The notes under the pieces: generated by a model
What the model saw: the letters and a program-made list of their open reading frames with translations, nothing else
Told to the model about the DNA's origin: nothing
The model's database searches: none
Program-made: the position numbers and the translations under genes
Part shown: one piece after another, positions 24,059-27,915 of the stretch
Layout of the letters: every line of letters begins with the position of its first letter
Numbering within the stretch: the first letter of the stretch is position 1
From: a virus
Lineage: Duplodnaviria; Caudoviricetes
Strand: one strand, 5' to 3'
IMG/VR virus record: IMGVR_UViG_3300043756_000111
Coordinates: 1-27,915 of that record
Length of the DNA stretch: 27,915 bases

Positions 24059-27000
24059 ATGGCAACCTCTGACGAAATCAGGGTCCAAGCTCTCGGCTTT
24101 TCAGTTGATGAAACGCCCGGTGGCGGCAATGTCGGCGACATTGATAAGTGGAGGTCAACCGGTGGATCTGGTGGTCGTAATGTGCTGAATACTGCGGCGC
24201 AAGGTGGAACGATTGATCCAGTTCCCAATCGCGCCATCAATGATTTGTATTTTGATATGGTTACCGTGCGAGCCAATTCTGATGCCTTCGGTGATCGGTT
24301 CACTGATGTCGTCGGCGAAGAGTTGGCTACTGATCAAGCCGCGTTTAATTCAATCGGTCAAAAACTCATTCCGGCAATTGCTGATCTCGTGGCAGAAACT
24401 CTGCCTGAGCCAGCGGCGGACGATAAGATCTATGGTCGCAGCGTAGCGACCGGCGCGACTGTTGGTACCTGGGAGGAAATCACGGGCGGCGGGGCGGCCA
24501 TGCCTGAGCCTCCTGACGACGACAAACTTTATGGTCGTTCAGTAGCGCCGGGAGCAACTTCAGGAACATGGGAAGAAATCATTGGTGCTACTGGCGGTGC
24601 TGCGATCGACGATACAACACCGAGCGCAACCACGGTTTTTTCTTCGAACAAGACGTTGGCCGAAATCGACGCGCTGATTGATGACGCAACCGCGGCGACA
24701 ACTACGACTTATTCGTCAACGAAAATCGATTCACAGATTGCGATGGCGGCTTTGACCGGACCGACCGGACCGACCGGTCCGACCGGCAATGATGGTACGT
24801 CGGTCACAATTGCTGGCTCATTTCCAACGCTCTTGGCTTTACAGACAGCGCACCCGACAGGAACTGGAAATCTTAGCGATGGTTTTGTTGTTGATGCCGA
24901 TGGTCATTTGTATATTTGGACTGGCACGCCTCCGGAGTGGAGTTCGGTTGGTGAAATTCGCGGGCCGACCGGCGATACGGGACCAACAGGGCCGAGCGGC
25001 CCGACGGGTGATCCTGGTCCGACCGGGGATCCCGGCGCCAATGGCACGTTCATTGTTGGATCATTTCCGACGCTCGCCGCTTTGAATGCTGCGCATCCGA
25101 GCGGGACAACTGTTCCCGGTGATGGCTTTATTGTTGATGCCGATGGTGAACTCTATGTTTGGAGTGGTACGGCATGGATCTCGGTTGGTGAAGTTCGCGG
25201 TCCGCCCGGTGCGACAGGCCCGACAGGTTCAGGCCCAACAGGCCCGACCGGGGCTGATTCAACAGTTCCTGGTCCAACCGGCACCGCTACAACCATCGTC
25301 GGTAATTTTCCCAACATCGGTGCGCTGAACACCGCCTATCCGGGCGGTCCAGCCAATGATTGGGAAGCGTATCTGGTTGGCAATAATTTGTATATTTGGA
25401 ACGGCGTGTCGTGGCAGAGCGTCGGCAATTTGGCAGGACCGGCAGGCCCGACTGGGCCGACCGGCGCTGACTCAACCGTACCGGGACCGACCGGCGATCC
25501 AGGGCCAACCGGTGCGACGGGAGATCCAGGCGCGGCGCTGATCGACGACACGGCGTTGACCGGCGCGACCGCCAGCACGTGGTCTTCCACGAGAATCAAT
25601 ACGCAACTCAATGCCAGGGTGATGCGTACGGGTGATATCGGTGGTTCTGCTACGACCACGTTTGTTACTGGGCTGCAAGGCAATCCAGTATCAGGTGATC
25701 CGCCCGCTGTCGGTCATGTGCTTGGTTGGGACAATGCGGCGCAAGAATGGAAGCCGATGGCACCCAGCGGCGGCACTCTGGCTGGCGACGTCACTGGCGC
25801 ATCGAGCGCGACGACTGTGACGAGACTTCAGGGTCGCAACGTATCAGGCGCAGCGCCTGTCCCCGCTGCTGGTCAGGTTCTCACTTGGAGCGTGGCACCT
25901 GCGCCTGGGCAATGGCAGCCCGCAGCAATTCCGTTGGCAACGCTGGCTGGCGATGTGACCGGAGCAACAAACGCCAGCGTTGTTGAAAAATTGCGAGGCC
26001 ATGACGTCGCCAACGTTGTGCCGACTGGCGGTCAAATTCTGACCTGGAACGCGACGCCAGCGCCGGGGCATTGGGAGCCGCAGACGCCGACCGCCGTAGG
26101 AACGCTGGCAGGCGATGTGACTGGTGCCATTGGCACCGCAGTCGTTGAGCGGATCAGAGGTCGCAATGTATCAGCAATGGCGACGACGCCGACCAACGGC
26201 CATGTACTGACGTGGAACAATACAGCGGCGCAGTTTGAGCCACAGGCGCTGCCAGCGGCTGGTGCGCTTGCTGGTGACGTGACCGGCGCGATTGGCGCCA
26301 ATGTTGTTGAAGGAATCAGAGGTCGCAGGATCGCGGCAGCGATGACGACAACGACGCCAGCTGAAGGTCAGGTGTTGACGTGGAACAATGCGGCGACGGA
26401 ATGGGAGGCGCGGACACCGGCAGCGGCGCCGTCACATACAGGTGATGTGACCGGCGCGCATACAGCCACCGTAGTGACGGCGATCAGAGGCCGTACGATC
26501 GCAGCGGCAATGGCGACCACGGCGCCGACCGAAGGTCAAGTGCTGACCTGGAACAACACGGCATTGGCGTGGGAAGCGCGATCACCGACAGCCGTGGGCA
26601 CGCTCGCGGGTGACGTGACTGGTGCTCTCGGCACGAATGCTGTGGAGAGAATTCGTGGCCGCACGATTGCAGCAGCAATGGCAACGACGGTGCCGACCAA
26701 TGGCCACGTGCTGACCTGGAACAACACATCGGCACATTGGGAAGGACAGGCATTGCCAGCAGCGCCGACGCATGCGGGCGATGTGACTGGTGCGCACACC
26801 GCGACGGTAGTGGCACGCATTCGCGGCGTCACTGTATCAACGACTGGCCCGACCATTACCGGCCAGATCATGAGCTATAACGCAACGACGTCGCAATGGG
26901 AGCTAAATACGACAAATCCGCCTGGACCCGGTCAGGCACTTGTTTGGAGTGGCTCGGCATGGGTTCCGACATCAGGTGGCGCGTTTGGTGCACCGGATAC

Positions 27001-27915
27001 GATTATTCATAAGACGCCTGTTCCGACCAACATCATCACCTTCATCCCCAGCGGCACACAGGGATTGTTTGCTGCGGAAGCAACTGGCGCCACCAACGGA
27101 CCGACGACAGGCGCGACAGCGCGCTATCGCTACATCTACAACAGCTCGCTCGACAGCAATCAGCAGACCGTTCTGGCGTTCAGCTTTGAGAACAAGGCAT
27201 TCCTTCGCACCAACAACGGCACGACAGCGGCGGCATGGACGGCTTGGACTGAATTGGCGGGTGTGAACACTGATCCAAATTTCTCCGAGCGTAATGCAAC
27301 GCAATCGACGGCGACGACAGAGGTGACTCTTGGAAATAGCATATTGGCTGGGCCGCCGGTTCAGATCAACAGCATCGTTCCGACACTGGCTGGCGATATT
27401 TGGCGCTTGCAGGCGGGCACGGCGACGGCAACCTCAACCTATATTCGTGGTCCAAATACAGGCATGTCCGGCGCCACCGGCTCTAACACTATGGGACCTT
27501 GGCTGGGCTATCCGATCACGAATAACGGTGTTGCTGGCACGGCGGCAGTTCCACAAAACAGCAATATTCGACTTGAATTCAATATGGGTGGCACGCCCAC
27601 ATTCAATTTGATCTTTCGATCTGGCGTGAATCCGTCATATGGAGGTTCCTCACTTCAACAGACAAGCAACATCACTGTCTCAAACGGAATGAACACACGA
27701 GATTCTTCGCCGACTGGCAGCGCGACGTTTAATTGGCTTGTGGTGGTTCCTGGTAACAACCTGAACGGCACGACTGCGGCCAATCACATTGGCAATACGT
27801 TTCAGATGATTTCGGCGCGACATTTCACGTCAGTGACGACTGTTGCAGGTAGTCTTAGCCGAACCTTCGCGATCAAGACTGCATATGATGTCAGGGTCTA
27901 TGGCACTGGCGTCAA
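24059..27915 (+). CDS. large fibre/adhesin-like virion protein with collagen and 51-56 aa repeats (partial, open at the window end)
   Basis: ATG 24059 after GGAG(TGGA). My manual translation is open to 27915 (MATSDEIRVQ...YDVRVYGTGV). Contains G-P-T triplets and GDVTG..VLTW repeats. Missing from the ORF track because there is no stop in the window. Confidence 0.88.
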   Translation, partial: MATSDEIRVQALGFSVDETPGGGNVGDIDKWRSTGGSGGRNVLNTAAQGGTIDPVPNRAINDLYFDMVTVRANSDAFGDRFTDVVGEELATDQAAFNSIGQKLIPAIADLVAETLPEPAADDKIYGRSVATGATVGTWEEITGGGAAMPEPPDDDKLYGRSVAPGATSGTWEEIIGATGGAAIDDTTPSATTVFSSNKTLAEIDALIDDATAATTTTYSSTKIDSQIAMAALTGPTGPTGPTGNDGTSVTIAGSFPTLLALQTAHPTGTGNLSDGFVVDADGHLYIWTGTPPEWSSVGEIRGPTGDTGPTGPSGPTGDPGPTGDPGANGTFIVGSFPTLAALNAAHPSGTTVPGDGFIVDADGELYVWSGTAWISVGEVRGPPGATGPTGSGPTGPTGADSTVPGPTGTATTIVGNFPNIGALNTAYPGGPANDWEAYLVGNNLYIWNGVSWQSVGNLAGPAGPTGPTGADSTVPGPTGDPGPTGATGDPGAALIDDTALTGATASTWSSTRINTQLNARVMRTGDIGGSATTTFVTGLQGNPVSGDPPAVGHVLGWDNAAQEWKPMAPSGGTLAGDVTGASSATTVTRLQGRNVSGAAPVPAAGQVLTWSVAPAPGQWQPAAIPLATLAGDVTGATNASVVEKLRGHDVANVVPTGGQILTWNATPAPGHWEPQTPTAVGTLAGDVTGAIGTAVVERIRGRNVSAMATTPTNGHVLTWNNTAAQFEPQALPAAGALAGDVTGAIGANVVEGIRGRRIAAAMTTTTPAEGQVLTWNNAATEWEARTPAAAPSHTGDVTGAHTATVVTAIRGRTIAAAMATTAPTEGQVLTWNNTALAWEARSPTAVGTLAGDVTGALGTNAVERIRGRTIAAAMATTVPTNGHVLTWNNTSAHWEGQALPAAPTHAGDVTGAHTATVVARIRGVTVSTTGPTITGQIMSYNATTSQWELNTTNPPGPGQALVWSGSAWVPTSGGAFGAPDTIIHKTPVPTNIITFIPSGTQGLFAAEATGATNGPTTGATARYRYIYNSSLDSNQQTVLAFSFENKAFLRTNNGTTAAAWTAWTELAGVNTDPNFSERNATQSTATTEVTLGNSILAGPPVQINSIVPTLAGDIWRLQAGTATATSTYIRGPNTGMSGATGSNTMGPWLGYPITNNGVAGTAAVPQNSNIRLEFNMGGTPTFNLIFRSGVNPSYGGSSLQQTSNITVSNGMNTRDSSPTGSATFNWLVVVPGNNLNGTTAANHIGNTFQMISARHFTSVTTVAGSLSRTFAIKTAYDVRVYGTGV
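25631..26910 (+). repeat. eight tandem 153-168 bp coding repeats
   Basis: GD(V/I)xG codons start at 25631, 25784, 25949, 26111, 26273, 26441, 26609 and 26777. Confidence 0.9.

Noticed and set aside
24055-27611. Many short track ORFs in the last 3.9 kb
   Set aside because: All overlap the single open frame starting at 24059 and are antisense or off-frame shadows.

Overview
Segment of a GC-rich tailed phage or prophage. An alphaproteobacterial host is a guess from promoter and IHF-site style. From left to right: (i) a ParB-domain gene and an ABC-ATPase/GNAT fusion on the + strand; (ii) a ~12.3 kb leftward block of about 24 mostly small genes, including ASCH, a Cys-rich YkgJ-like protein and a MoxR-like AAA+/DUF3150-like/peptidase-vWA trio, driven by two related sigma70-type promoters; (iii) a + strand head module with TerS, TerL, a protease-scaffold-capsid fusion, an antisense HNH-AP2 endonuclease and a second capsid paralog, but no portal in its usual position; (iv) two IPT/TIG-repeat proteins and a >1285 aa collagen/repeat fibre protein that runs off the window end and is absent from the ORF track. 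The most striking feature is a ~87-92 nt structured intergenic element present as 7 full and 2 partial copies between 6242 and 13830. It divides the leftward operon into cassette-like units. On the mRNA strand each full copy has two mutually exclusive helices with compensatory changes, a CUUGC-loop hairpin and an invariant CAAGGAGUC ribosome-binding site, and it sometimes starts at the upstream stop codon. The operon is headed by a ~510 nt hairpin-rich non-coding leader. All family assignments come from motif recognition by eye, with no database searches.
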